In this document: one piece after another, positions 1 to 10,277 of the stretch
Numbering within the stretch: the first letter of the stretch is position 1
Layout of the letters: every line of letters begins with the position of its first letter
Origin: Azolla caroliniana
Lineage: Eukaryota > Plantae > Polypodiophyta
Assembly (NCBI GenBank): GCA_043228905.1
Contig: JBHGNT010000012.1
Span: forward strand, 11,284,001-11,348,000
DNA: 64,000 nucleotides
Direction: 5' to 3'
Translations under genes and position numbers: made by a program
Notes under the pieces: generated by a model
The model's database searches: none
The model's input: only the letters and a program-made list of their open reading frames with translations
What the model was told of the DNA's origin: nothing

Positions 1-479
1 CACAACGTCAACCACACCGGACTGAACAAAGGAGGCAAGAAGACCGACCCCGGTATAAGGATCGCAACCCACGAGAGGACCAGTACCACCGGAATCGCTG
101 AAATCACAACGATTCCGAGCAGGACGACCCAGAGGACGAGGATTATCGTGGACATCCGAGTTACGCCAAAGGGGGTCGGCGCTACGAGAATCAACGGCCA
201 ACAAACAAACAGGGCGGCTTCAATGGTTATCGTGGTAAGCCACGGCAATATCAGGATCACCGGCGTTACGACGAAAGCTCGGGGGATGAGCGGCACTAGG
301 AACAACGACAGGACCAACAACAGCCACCGCATACATTCCGACAAACAAGGCCGGACCGCGAGGAGCAAGTAGCACCAGGGGAGCGGCACACACCACCAGG
401 AGCCGAGAAGGGTGAATCAAGCATCCATTGTTTTATTTGTCAGCAACCCGGACATTATGCCACGCAAGGGAAAGGGGCC

Positions 480-1242
480 TGTCGAAAAACAGTGCTCGGC
501 CACAACCGAGGAATAGGATCAACTCACAGAAAACGGGAAATACAAAGTGCACGAGGACAATAGAGAGAAAGGTACACTAGATATTTTACGTGGAAAACCC
601 TAAATGGGAAAAAACCACGGGAGTCCTCAAACTCCAACTATCACTATGAACAGGGATGTACAATTGTGAGGCTTCAAGGCAACAACCTTGAGCTCACTGT
701 CTTCGCCACAGGCGGCGGTACTACACAGAGGCAACGACCTCTTCGTCTCTCTCTCTCTCTCTCTCTCTCGGCTGCTCTCACTTCGCATAAGAATGAGCAA
801 CAACATATAAACTGTTTGCCCTAAGTCATATTTATACACATATGACTTTCGGGCTATTTACAAATATAGCCTCGAGGGCCCTTGGCAAACATATTCACAA
901 ATATGTCCCCGCATCCGGATCTCTCTCCGGGTACATGCGTCATCCGGCTCCGTAACCGGGGTCTTCAGCATCCGGCTCCGTAGCCGGGTCTTCGTCATCC
1001 GGCTCCGTAACCGGGGTCTTCAGCATCCGGCTCCGTAGCCGGGTCTTCGTCATCCGGCTCCGTAACCGGGGTCTTCAGCATCCGGCTCCGTAGCCGGGTC
1101 TTCGTCATCCGGCTCCGTAACCGGTGTCTTCAGCATCCGGCTCCGTAGCCGGGTCTTCGTCATCATCCGGTTCCGTAACCGCAACCGGTCTTGCCGTCAT
1201 TCATCTCCGGACATCCCATCCGGAGGGACCAAAATCCCAACA
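480..1242 (-). repeat. 3' LTR of copia A (763 bp)
   Basis: Direct repeat of 5358-6065 with one extra 55-bp unit; adjacent to PPT. Confidence 0.97.
941..1160. repeat. 4 x 55-bp CCGG-rich tandem repeat in LTR U3 (3 copies at 5819-5983)
   Basis: Unit catccggctccgtaaccggggtcttcagcatccggctccgtagccgggtcttcgt. Confidence 0.95.
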
Positions 1243-1252
1243 AACTCCCCCT
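1243..1252 (-). promoter_or_regulatory. Polypurine tract of copia A
   Basis: AGGGGGAGTT on minus strand abutting 3' LTR. Confidence 0.9.
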
Positions 1253-4200
1253 TCACTTCGGCATGGGATGTCTCTCCAATCCGATCCTCTTCCGGCATGC
1301 TTCCAGCTTGTCGGGTGTAAGTACCTTGGTCAGCATATCCGACCCGTTCTCGTCCGTGTGGATCTTCGTCAGCACGAACTCCTTGTCTTCTATCCTTTCC
1401 CGGATCCAGTGGTATCTACGCTGGATGTGCTTCATCCGGGAGTGATAGGCCGCATTCTTCGCAAGGTGGATGGCACTCTGACTGTCGCAGTAGAGTCGAT
1501 ACTCCTCCTGCCGGATACCGAGCTCTTTAATGAAGTCCTTCATCCATATTATTTCCTTGCCGGCTTCAACAGCCGCCATGTACTCCGCCTCCGTGGTTGA
1601 CAACGCCACCGTCTTCTGCAGCCTCGACTGCCATGAAACAGCTCCCCCTGCATACGTCATCACATACCCTGATGTGGACCGGCTGGTATCTGCATCAGCC
1701 GACATATCCGAATCGGTGAAGCCGTCGAGTTCGGGCTTACCGGAGCCGAATCGGAGGCACACGTTTGCCGTGCCCTTCAGGTATCGGAGTATCCACTTGG
1801 CCGCGTTCCAATGCTCTTTGCCGGGGTTGCTCATGTACCGGCTCACCACTCCGACTGCGTATCCAATGTCCGGTCTTGTACACACCATTGCGTACATCAA
1901 GCTTCCGACGGCAGAGGCATATGGTACTTTCATCATGTCCTCCTTCTCAGCCTTTGTCTTGGGGCTTTGCTTGCTGGACAACTTGCAGTTTGCCGGGAGT
2001 GTTGACCCGACCGGTCTTGCTTCCGACATGTTGAACCGGTGAAGCACCTTTGTCACGTACTTCTCCTGTGACAGCCACAACTGCTTCTTCTTCCGGTCCC
2101 GGATGATGTGCATCCCTAGTATTTGCCTCCCCGGGCCCAGGTCCTTCATTGAGAAGGTTCGGTGAAGAGCCTTCTTCAGCATCCGTATCTTGACCTGGTC
2201 TCGTCCGACGATCAACATGTCGTCCACGTACAGGAGGAGTATCAGAAAGTCTCCTCCTTCGAACTTCTTCACAAACACGCAGTGATCGGACTGCGTTTTG
2301 TGGTACCCTTCGTTGGTCATGAAAGAGTCGAACTTCCGGTACCATTGCCGGGGAGCCTGCTTCAGTCCGTAAAGGCTCTTCTTCAACCGGCATACCAGGT
2401 GCTCCTTCCCTTTCTTCTCGAATCCTTCCGGTTGCTGCATGTAGATCTCTTCTTCGAGGTCACCATGAAGGAATGCCGTCTTCACGTCCATCTGTTCTAC
2501 CTCGAGGTCCATGCTTGCCGCTATGCTCAGCACCGTCCGGATGGAGGTCATCTTCACTACCGGGGCAAATATCTCGTCGAAGTCGACGCCCTTCTTCTGC
2601 TGGAACCCCTTCACCACGATCCTGGCTTTGTATCTCGGGGGGTTTCCGGCATCTCCCGGTTTCAGCTTGAACACCCACTTGTTACGGAGTGCCCGTTTTC
2701 CTTTCGGCAACTCCACAAGTTCATATGTGTGGTTCTCATGCAGGGAATCCATCTCCTCCTGCATGGCACTTAACCACCTGCGGCTATGGGTGTCATGCTT
2801 TGCTTCTTCAAAGCTCTCTGGCTCCCCCTCGTCGGTTAGCAGCACGTGCTCTGGTTCCGGAAATCTCCGAGGGGCCCTTCTCTCTCTTAGAGGATATCTT
2901 CGTTCCGGAGCTTCGGTAACCGGCTCCTCCGTTTCCTCTTCATCCGAATCCATTTCGGGATCGTGGCCAGTTCCAGTATCAGTTTCATCTTCCTCGGCCG
3001 GTTCTGTTTCTTCACCGTCTTCGGCCGGGTCCTCGAGTGCTAACCGGTCCCTTGCCGGTCGGGACTGCTCCTCGTAGAGTTGATTCTCACCGGACGACTT
3101 GGAGCTCTTCATCTTCTTCTCCGACTCCCAGTCGGCGAGTGTCTTGTCCTCCATGAAGATGATATCGCGACTCCGGAATATCTTCTTGTCGACCGGGTCC
3201 CATACTCGGTAGCCGAACTCGTCATCGCCGTAACCGAGGAATATGCATGGCCGGGTCTTTGGGTCTAGCTTTCCTCTCCGGTCCTTTGCCACATGCACAT
3301 ATGCGAGACACCCGAACACCTTCAGGTGCCGGTAGGATACTTCCCTACCGGTCCACACTCTCTGCGGCGTGTCTCCGTCCAAAGGTACTGAGGGTGATCT
3401 GTTTATCACGTATGTCGCCGTCGACATCGCCTCAGCCCAAAACCCCTTGGGTAATTCCGCATGCGCCAGCATACTCCGGACCCTCTCCATTATGGTCCGG
3501 TTCATCCTCTCGGCCAGCCCGTTCAGTTCCGGCGTCTTCGGCACAGTAAACTCGAGCCGGATTCCCTTCGAGCGACAGTACTCCGCGAACTGCCCCCGGT
3601 ATTCCCCTCCGTTATCCGCTCGTATCGCTTTCAGCTTCTTGCCGGATTCCCTTTCCACTCTCGCGTGGAGTTCTTTGAAGACGCACAACACTTGGTCCTT
3701 TGTCTTCAACGGTGCCGTCCACAGCTTCCGGCTATGGTCATCTATGAATGTTACGAAGTACTGGGCTCCGCCATGTGACTTCGTTTCTACTTGGCACACG
3801 TCAGTGTGCACCAACTCCAATGGTGCGCTACGTCTCGTCGGTGGCCTTGAATGGAAGGAGGTTCGGTTCTGCTTACCGGCCAGGCAATCGGTGCACTTCT
3901 CCAGGTGCACATGCTTCACTGGAATGAGGTTGTCTTCTGCAAGCCTCGTCATCCCCTTCTCACTCATGTGGCACAGTCTTTTGTGCCACAGCTCACCGGC
4001 AGTGTCGACTGCCACGTTCAACTCTTCCGGACACAACCGGGCATTCATCAGGTACAGTGTGTTGACTTTCCGGGCCCGAGCCACTATCAGGTTCCCCTTG
4101 CTGAACTTCATGACACCGTTCCGGATGCTACCCGTGTAGCCTTCATCGTCTAGCCTCCCGGCCGAAATCAGGTTCAATCGAACTTCCGGAACGTGTCGTA

Positions 4201-5326
4201 CATCTTTCAGCAGCATCTTGCATCCAGTTGATGTCATCAGCCACACGTCTCCTATGCCGGCAATCCGGCATGTGCCTTCATTTCCCATCCGGACAGAGCC
4301 ATGCTCACCGGCTGTGTAGGATGAGAAGTATTTCTTCTCCGGGGTCAGGTGGAACGACGCTCCGGAATCGACCACCCAGGTCATCTCTACACCGGCAAGA
4401 TTCAGCTCCTTCTCTTCAGTAATGAGCATTATCTCTTCTTCACTTGCCGCGAGTGCCGTCGTTCCTTTCCGGTCCTGCCCTCGCCGATCCGGACCTCTCC
4501 GGTCCGTGGCTCCCCGGTATGCACCGTTTCTCTCCGGTGACTTCTTCGAATCGGTGTCGTCGGCTCCGTTATCTTTTCGGTAATGCCGACAATTCTTACG
4601 GAAGTGCCCCGGCTTCCCACAGTGGAAGCATGTGGGTCTTCCTCTTGACTGCGACCGGGTCCCCGACTTCTCCCGTCTTTGCGGACTCCGGTTCCATTGT
4701 CTTCCCCGATCCGATTCGGTAAGCAGCGCCTTCGGGTCGGAGGCCGGTTCTTTATCTCTCCGACGCGCTTCTTCGTTCAAGATACTTGTCTTTACCGTTT
4801 GTAGGGACAAGTTATCTTCCGTGCAGGAGGTGCTGAGAGTCACCACCAAGTTCTCCCAGCTTTCCGGCAATGTACACATCAGAATGATTGCTTGCATTGC
4901 ATCCTCCAGCGGGAACTTGATCGCCGCAAGCTGATTCACGAATCCCATGAACGTGCTTACGTGTTCCACCATACTCTCGCCATCCCGGTACTTGAGATTC
5001 ACTATCTTCCTCATCAAGGAGGTCCGGTTCAACGCATTCTTCCTCTCATAGAGGCCCGACAGCTTCCGCCACATCTCATATGCGTTGGTGTCGTTCGCCA
5101 CATGTTGTAGAACGCTCACGTCGACGTATTGCCGAATGGTTGCAACGGCTTTCCGGTTCAGAAGCCTCCATTCCGTCTCAAGTACCCCCTTGGGTATTTC
5201 CGACCTGTCGATCGGTTCATACAGATCCCGAACAATGAGCAGGTCCTCCATCTTTATCTTCCAGTCAGCGTAGTTCTGCGCATTCAGCACCATCATCCCC
5301 GGCTGCCCGCTGCCGCCGCCTTCCAT
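1253..5326 (-). CDS. Copia Gag-PR-IN-RT-RNase H polyprotein (1357 aa from the first ATG after the PBS)
   Basis: CFHCGKPGHFRKNC knuckle, VVDSGAS protease, WHKRLCH...C..C and DNGGEY integrase, YVDD RT, TDSD/AEY RNase H; no stops. Confidence 0.97.
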   Translation of the reverse strand: MEGGGSGQPGMMVLNAQNYADWKIKMEDLLIVRDLYEPIDRSEIPKGVLETEWRLLNRKAVATIRQYVDVSVLQHVANDTNAYEMWRKLSGLYERKNALNRTSLMRKIVNLKYRDGESMVEHVSTFMGFVNQLAAIKFPLEDAMQAIILMCTLPESWENLVVTLSTSCTEDNLSLQTVKTSILNEEARRRDKEPASDPKALLTESDRGRQWNRSPQRREKSGTRSQSRGRPTCFHCGKPGHFRKNCRHYRKDNGADDTDSKKSPERNGAYRGATDRRGPDRRGQDRKGTTALAASEEEIMLITEEKELNLAGVEMTWVVDSGASFHLTPEKKYFSSYTAGEHGSVRMGNEGTCRIAGIGDVWLMTSTGCKMLLKDVRHVPEVRLNLISAGRLDDEGYTGSIRNGVMKFSKGNLIVARARKVNTLYLMNARLCPEELNVAVDTAGELWHKRLCHMSEKGMTRLAEDNLIPVKHVHLEKCTDCLAGKQNRTSFHSRPPTRRSAPLELVHTDVCQVETKSHGGAQYFVTFIDDHSRKLWTAPLKTKDQVLCVFKELHARVERESGKKLKAIRADNGGEYRGQFAEYCRSKGIRLEFTVPKTPELNGLAERMNRTIMERVRSMLAHAELPKGFWAEAMSTATYVINRSPSVPLDGDTPQRVWTGREVSYRHLKVFGCLAYVHVAKDRRGKLDPKTRPCIFLGYGDDEFGYRVWDPVDKKIFRSRDIIFMEDKTLADWESEKKMKSSKSSGENQLYEEQSRPARDRLALEDPAEDGEETEPAEEDETDTGTGHDPEMDSDEEETEEPVTEAPERRYPLRERRAPRRFPEPEHVLLTDEGEPESFEEAKHDTHSRRWLSAMQEEMDSLHENHTYELVELPKGKRALRNKWVFKLKPGDAGNPPRYKARIVVKGFQQKKGVDFDEIFAPVVKMTSIRTVLSIAASMDLEVEQMDVKTAFLHGDLEEEIYMQQPEGFEKKGKEHLVCRLKKSLYGLKQAPRQWYRKFDSFMTNEGYHKTQSDHCVFVKKFEGGDFLILLLYVDDMLIVGRDQVKIRMLKKALHRTFSMKDLGPGRQILGMHIIRDRKKKQLWLSQEKYVTKVLHRFNMSEARPVGSTLPANCKLSSKQSPKTKAEKEDMMKVPYASAVGSLMYAMVCTRPDIGYAVGVVSRYMSNPGKEHWNAAKWILRYLKGTANVCLRFGSGKPELDGFTDSDMSADADTSRSTSGYVMTYAGGAVSWQSRLQKTVALSTTEAEYMAAVEAGKEIIWMKDFIKELGIRQEEYRLYCDSQSAIHLAKNAAYHSRMKHIQRRYHWIRERIEDKEFVLTKIHTDENGSDMLTKVLTPDKLEACRKRIGLERHPMPK

Positions 5327-5342
5327 TTTCTGTGTTACCGTC

Positions 5343-5354
5343 GCTCTGATACCA
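5343..5354 (-). promoter_or_regulatory. PBS (tRNA-iMet) of copia A
   Basis: TGGTATCAGAGC on minus strand, 3 nt from 5' LTR. Confidence 0.95.
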
Positions 5355-5357
5355 GTT

Positions 5358-6065
5358 TGTCGAAAAACAGTGCTCGGCCACAACCGAGGAATAGGATCAA
5401 CTCACAGAAAACGGGAAATACAAAGTGCACGAGGACAATAGAGAGAAAGGTACACTAGATATTTTACGTGGAAAACCCTAAATGGGAAAAAACCACGGGA
5501 GTCCTCAAACTCCAACTATCACTATGAACAGGGATGTACAATGGTGAGGCTTCAAGGCAACAACCTTGAGCTCACTGTCTTCGCCACAGGCGGCGGTACT
5601 ACACAGAGGCAACGACCTCTTCGTCTCTCTCTCTCTCTCTCTCTCTCGGCTGCTCTCACTTCGCATAAGAATGAGCAACAACATATAAACTGTTTGCCCT
5701 AAGTCATATTTATACACATATGACTTTCGGGCTATTTACAAATATAGCCTCGAGGGCCCTTGGCAAACATATTCACAAATATGTCCCCGCATCCGGATCT
5801 CTCTCCGGGTACATGCGTCATCCGGCTCCGTAACCGGGGTCTTCAGCATCCGGCTCCGTAGCCGGGTCTTCGTCATCCGGCTCCGTAACCGGGGTCTTCA
5901 GCATCCGGCTCCGTAGCCGGGTCTTCGTCATCCGGCTCCGTAACCGGTGTCTTCAGCATCCGGCTCCGTAGCCGGGTCTTCGTCATCATCCGGTTCCGTA
6001 ACCGCAACCGGTCTTGCCGTCATTCATCTCCGGACATCCCATCCGGAGGGACCGAAATCCCAACA
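5358..6065 (-). repeat. 5' LTR of copia A (708 bp)
   Basis: Near-identical to 480-1242; TATAAATA on minus strand; (GA)n tract. Confidence 0.97.
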
Positions 6066-9000
6066 GGGCCCGCTGTCAATACGATTATGGCGGAGGTGCA
6101 ACAAGTCACGATACGCCAGCAAACAAAAACGGTTGATTGGGCTACGCAAGACGAGGTACGCCGACAAGCCCAAGCGTGGGTGGAAAAAGCAAACGCGACA
6201 AATACGTAACGTATGCGGAAGGAGTTTGTGAACACAATGGAGCGAGCAGAGGACGAAAGACCGGTCCCAGACCCCATTTGGCAGGTGTTAGGGGGCTATC
6301 AAATAATGTTAACCATGGAGAAACTATTGCAGCTAGTCCCACGCTCCCGCCAGACCATGGAAGAACGGGTGACAGGCGTACCCAGGTATCGCTACAAACC
6401 TTACAGACGTCAGCAGTGGACCGCTGGTAGTGGATCAACACAACCCGGCTATTACATTAATATTACACGGATAGGAAATTCCTGGATGTGTAATCGACGG
6501 CGGCTCAGGCGTCAATGTAATTAGCGCGAAAACTTACGAGCAGTTAGGCATTTTAGAATGGGAGGCTTGCCCATTCTGGCTCCGAATGGCAGATACCCGC
6601 TCAGTACGACCATTAGGGTTAATTCGCAAAATCGGCATTATCGTGGAGCGGACACCGATTCGACATCTTGGCGGTCGTCCTCGCCTTGGATGCCCCAGGG
6701 GCGTACCCAGTGCTTCTGGGCAGACCATAGCTTCGGCAGCAAATATCAAGCAGAGCTGGCAACACAAGTGTATTAGTTTTCGACACGGACGCACCAAGGT
6801 TCGCGTACCTACGGAAGGAAGCACGCCACAATTGAAGGGTATAACACCATTATACGCAGAAGATATAAATATGTTGGCTGGGGTGGAGGATGCAAAATTG
6901 GAGGCATACCTCGACGAGCACCCTCGGATTATTCCGCTGTTTGAAATAGACGTCATCGCAACCGTGGCCGAATATGCCATGGCCAATGTTCTCCACGACG
7001 AGCCTTACGAACCAAACCTAGAGTCCATATGGGAACTCAGAAGAGCACGGGCAGCATTCGAAAGGGAAATGGAGATTTCTCGACGAGTCACTGCTTCCGC
7101 CCTCGAAGAAGTAAATATGGGTACGAAATTGGAGCCTCGTTTCCTCTCCATCGCAAAGGAATTAAGGCCGAACCAGCGAAAAACGATGATCGCACTTCTC
7201 ACGGAATATAAGGATGTGTTTGCTTGGGCTCACGAGGACATGAAGGGGTTAGATCCCAAGTTCTATCAGCATAAGATCAATTTAGCAACCGACGCGAAAC
7301 CTGTCCAGCAGCGCCGCTACCGCATGAACCCGAACTACGCGACCCGCGTGAAAGAAGAAATTGACAAGCTCCTAAAGGCGGGGTTAATATGACCAGTTAA
7401 ACAAGCGACGTGGTTAAGCCCGATAGTGGTCGTTCCAAAGAAAAACGGCAAAATATGGGTATGCGTAGATTACCGAAAATTAAACGTCGTCACCATTACG
7501 GACGCATTTCCCTTACCCTTCACCGATAGCGTACTGGACGCCGTCACAGGCCATGAGATATACAGTTTTTTAGATGGCTTCAGTGGCTATAACCAGGTAC
7601 GCAGGCATCCCGAGGACCAAGAAAAGACGGCATTTGTCACGGACTAGGGAGTATATGTGGCAGTCGTCATGATGTTCAGGCTAAAGACGGCGCCGGCAAC
7701 ATTTCAACGGACAATTACGGAGATCTTTGGGGAATACATTCCGGCGTTCATGCCAATTTTTTTAGACGAACAATAGACCATTTTTCGCACTTACAACTGT
7801 GCCTGGAATGTTGCCGCACCGCACGCTTAAGCCTGAATCCCGCAAAATGTGCTTTTGGCGTGACCAGCGGGACTCTCTTGGGCCATATAGTCAGCAAGGA
7901 GGGAATAGCGGTTGACCCGAACAAAATCTCCGCGATTACGCAAGCCAAGACTCCGACAAACGCCAAATCACTCAGTCGGTTTTTGGGACAAATATGATGG
8001 CATAGTCGGATGATACGGTATTTGGCGGACTTCGCCACACCGTTACACGCTGTCGTACATCGGACTCCTTTCCAATGGACTACAACAGAGGATAAGGCCT
8101 ACGAGGCACTTAAGATAATGCTCACACAGGCTCCCGTCGTACAACCACCAGTTTGGGCGAAGCCATTCCACGTGTTCGTCGACGCCTCGGACATAGCAAT
8201 AGGAAGTGCACTAATGCAGCTCACCGAACCAAGCTAGTACCGGTCAGTATACTACGCTAGTTGCAAATTATCAACATCAGAGCGTAACTACTCCACAACA
8301 GAGCAGGAGGTGCTAGGGATGATCTATAGCATCAATAAATTCCGGCACTATTTATTAGGAAGGAAATTCACGTTCCACGTGAATCATTCGGCACTTCTGT
8401 ATTTGGTGGAGAAACAAGCCCTGACAGGGAAATTGGCGCAGTGGATGCTGCTGCTCCAGGAATTCGATTTCGTAATCCAGCACCGACCAAGGACGCAACA
8501 CGTAGTGGCGGATTTTTTGAGCAGACTTGAGAATGGAGAAACATTACAGAAAGATGATGACGATTTTCCGGACGCTGACATCCTACGGGTAGCGACACTA
8601 GCAGAAAGAACGGAATCGACCTTTCCGGACCGGTGGCTTATGGAAATGATGTACTTTTTAACTACGGGACTGCCTCCACCCCAATTACGCACAGACGAGA
8701 AGAAACGACTAGCCGTCCAAAGCCGTCACTTCGGCCTCGTCGAAGGCGTTTTATATCACAAAGGAAGTGACAGCATTTGGCGACGTGGGGTACGTCAGGA
8801 TGAGAAGGAAGCAGTTTTACGGGAGGCACACTGCGGCACGGCAGGCGGCCATTACGCGGACGACGTTACAGCCTGGAAAGTATGGCAGGCGGGCTTATGG
8901 TGGCCAACAACGCAGAAGGACGCATCCGAGTATTGTAGAAAGTGTGATTTGTGTCAACGGATGAGACAGCCCGCGGAGGGCGCCAGGATGCCACACCAGC

Positions 9001-10277
9001 CCGTATTACCACTAGACCCCTTCCAAAAGTGGGGATTGGATGGGGCCCTTCACACCAGCGGTGGCCTGTACGGGCAATAAATACATATTGGTAGCCACGG
9101 ATTACTGCACCAAATGGGTAGAAGCAAAGGCACTATGTGAAAATACAGTGGCCATCACAGCCAGATTCCTTTACAAGCACATCTAGTGCCGGTTCGGCTG
9201 TCCGATTGAGCTCATCGGTGACCAGGGGAGTCACTTTCTCAATACGGTGGTTCGGGAACTAACACATCATTATGCCGTAGTTCATAAGAAGAGCACGCCA
9301 TATTATCCGCAGGCGAATGGATTAGCAGAATCCACCAACAAGACGTTATAGACCATTTTTTAAGAAAATCGTCAATGAAAATAGAACGGACTGGGATACC
9401 AAACTACAAAGTGCATTATGGGCGTATAGAACCAGCTACAAAACAAGCATACAATCAACACCGTTTCGACTAGCGTTTGGGCTGGAGGATGTGATGTCGG
9501 TCGAATTTCAGGTACCTAGTTTGCGAATTCAGGTATGGAACCGACTATCAGAAGCCAAGTCGGAGGAGGTACGACTCTACCAACTCCTCGAACTAGGGGG
9601 ACAATGCATCCACAACATGGTTGTGTTGGAGCAAGAACAGTGACGGCGTAAAGTGTTTGTGGACCGACATCGGAACGCAAGGGAAAAGGAGTTCGTCGTG
9701 GGTCGAGCAGTGTTGGTTTTCCAAACTCGCATGGGCCATATGTCGGGGAAGTTACGATTCCGCCGGACCGGCCCATACTGGATAATTGGAGCGGAACAAG
9801 GCACATTCCAACTAGGTACATTGGCCGGGGAAGTAGTCTGGCAAAAAGTGAATGGGTTTCGGCTTAAACCTTACCTGGGCCCTACGCCACCGAACCCATT
9901 CACCACTGACCAGGACAGAGCCGGAGAACCCGCACCGTAAATGAGCGGCCCCACTTGTACCATAATGTAAAAATAGGTTGTAGATAACCGTTACGGAAAA
10001 AAAAAAAAAAAAAAAAGGAGAAGATAGCGACTATTAAAACGACTAAAGACATGCACAAACTCCTAGTCCAAGAACACGCGGCACCACAATGGCTCACCGC
10101 CCAATGAACCCTAAGCCACAAAAAGAAGGAAACAGAAGATTTTCTGCACAAAATAGAAACTCATCTTCTAGCTATCAGCGCTTCCATTGCTCCTCCCCCT
10201 CACCTTCTCCTCCATCCTATCACACAGCTACAGACCACCGCAACCACCAGTCTCCTTCCCACGAACCTCCTCTAGCG

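Larger units (their letters stand above)
480..6065 (-). mobile_element. Full-length young Ty1/copia LTR retrotransposon 'A'
   Basis: TG...CA LTRs 480-1242 and 5358-6065; TSD GGGCC (475-479, 6066-6070); PBS, PPT and uninterrupted polyprotein. Confidence 0.98.
1..9940 (+). pseudogene. gag-pol of element B (many stops and frameshifts; split by copia at 480-6065)
   Basis: ORF fragments 6586-7392, 7426-7647, 8010-8237, 8310-9080, 9653-9940 align with pol of G; GKG|PAVNT reads across the copia insertion. Confidence 0.9.

Noticed and set aside
941-1160. CRISPR-like array
   Set aside because: Head-to-tail tandem units with no unique spacers, inside LTRs; no cas genes.
1124-5458. Numerous plus-strand ORFs antisense to the copia polyprotein (likewise in D, I, J)
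   Set aside because: Shadow ORFs of GC-rich coding sequence with no recognisable domains.
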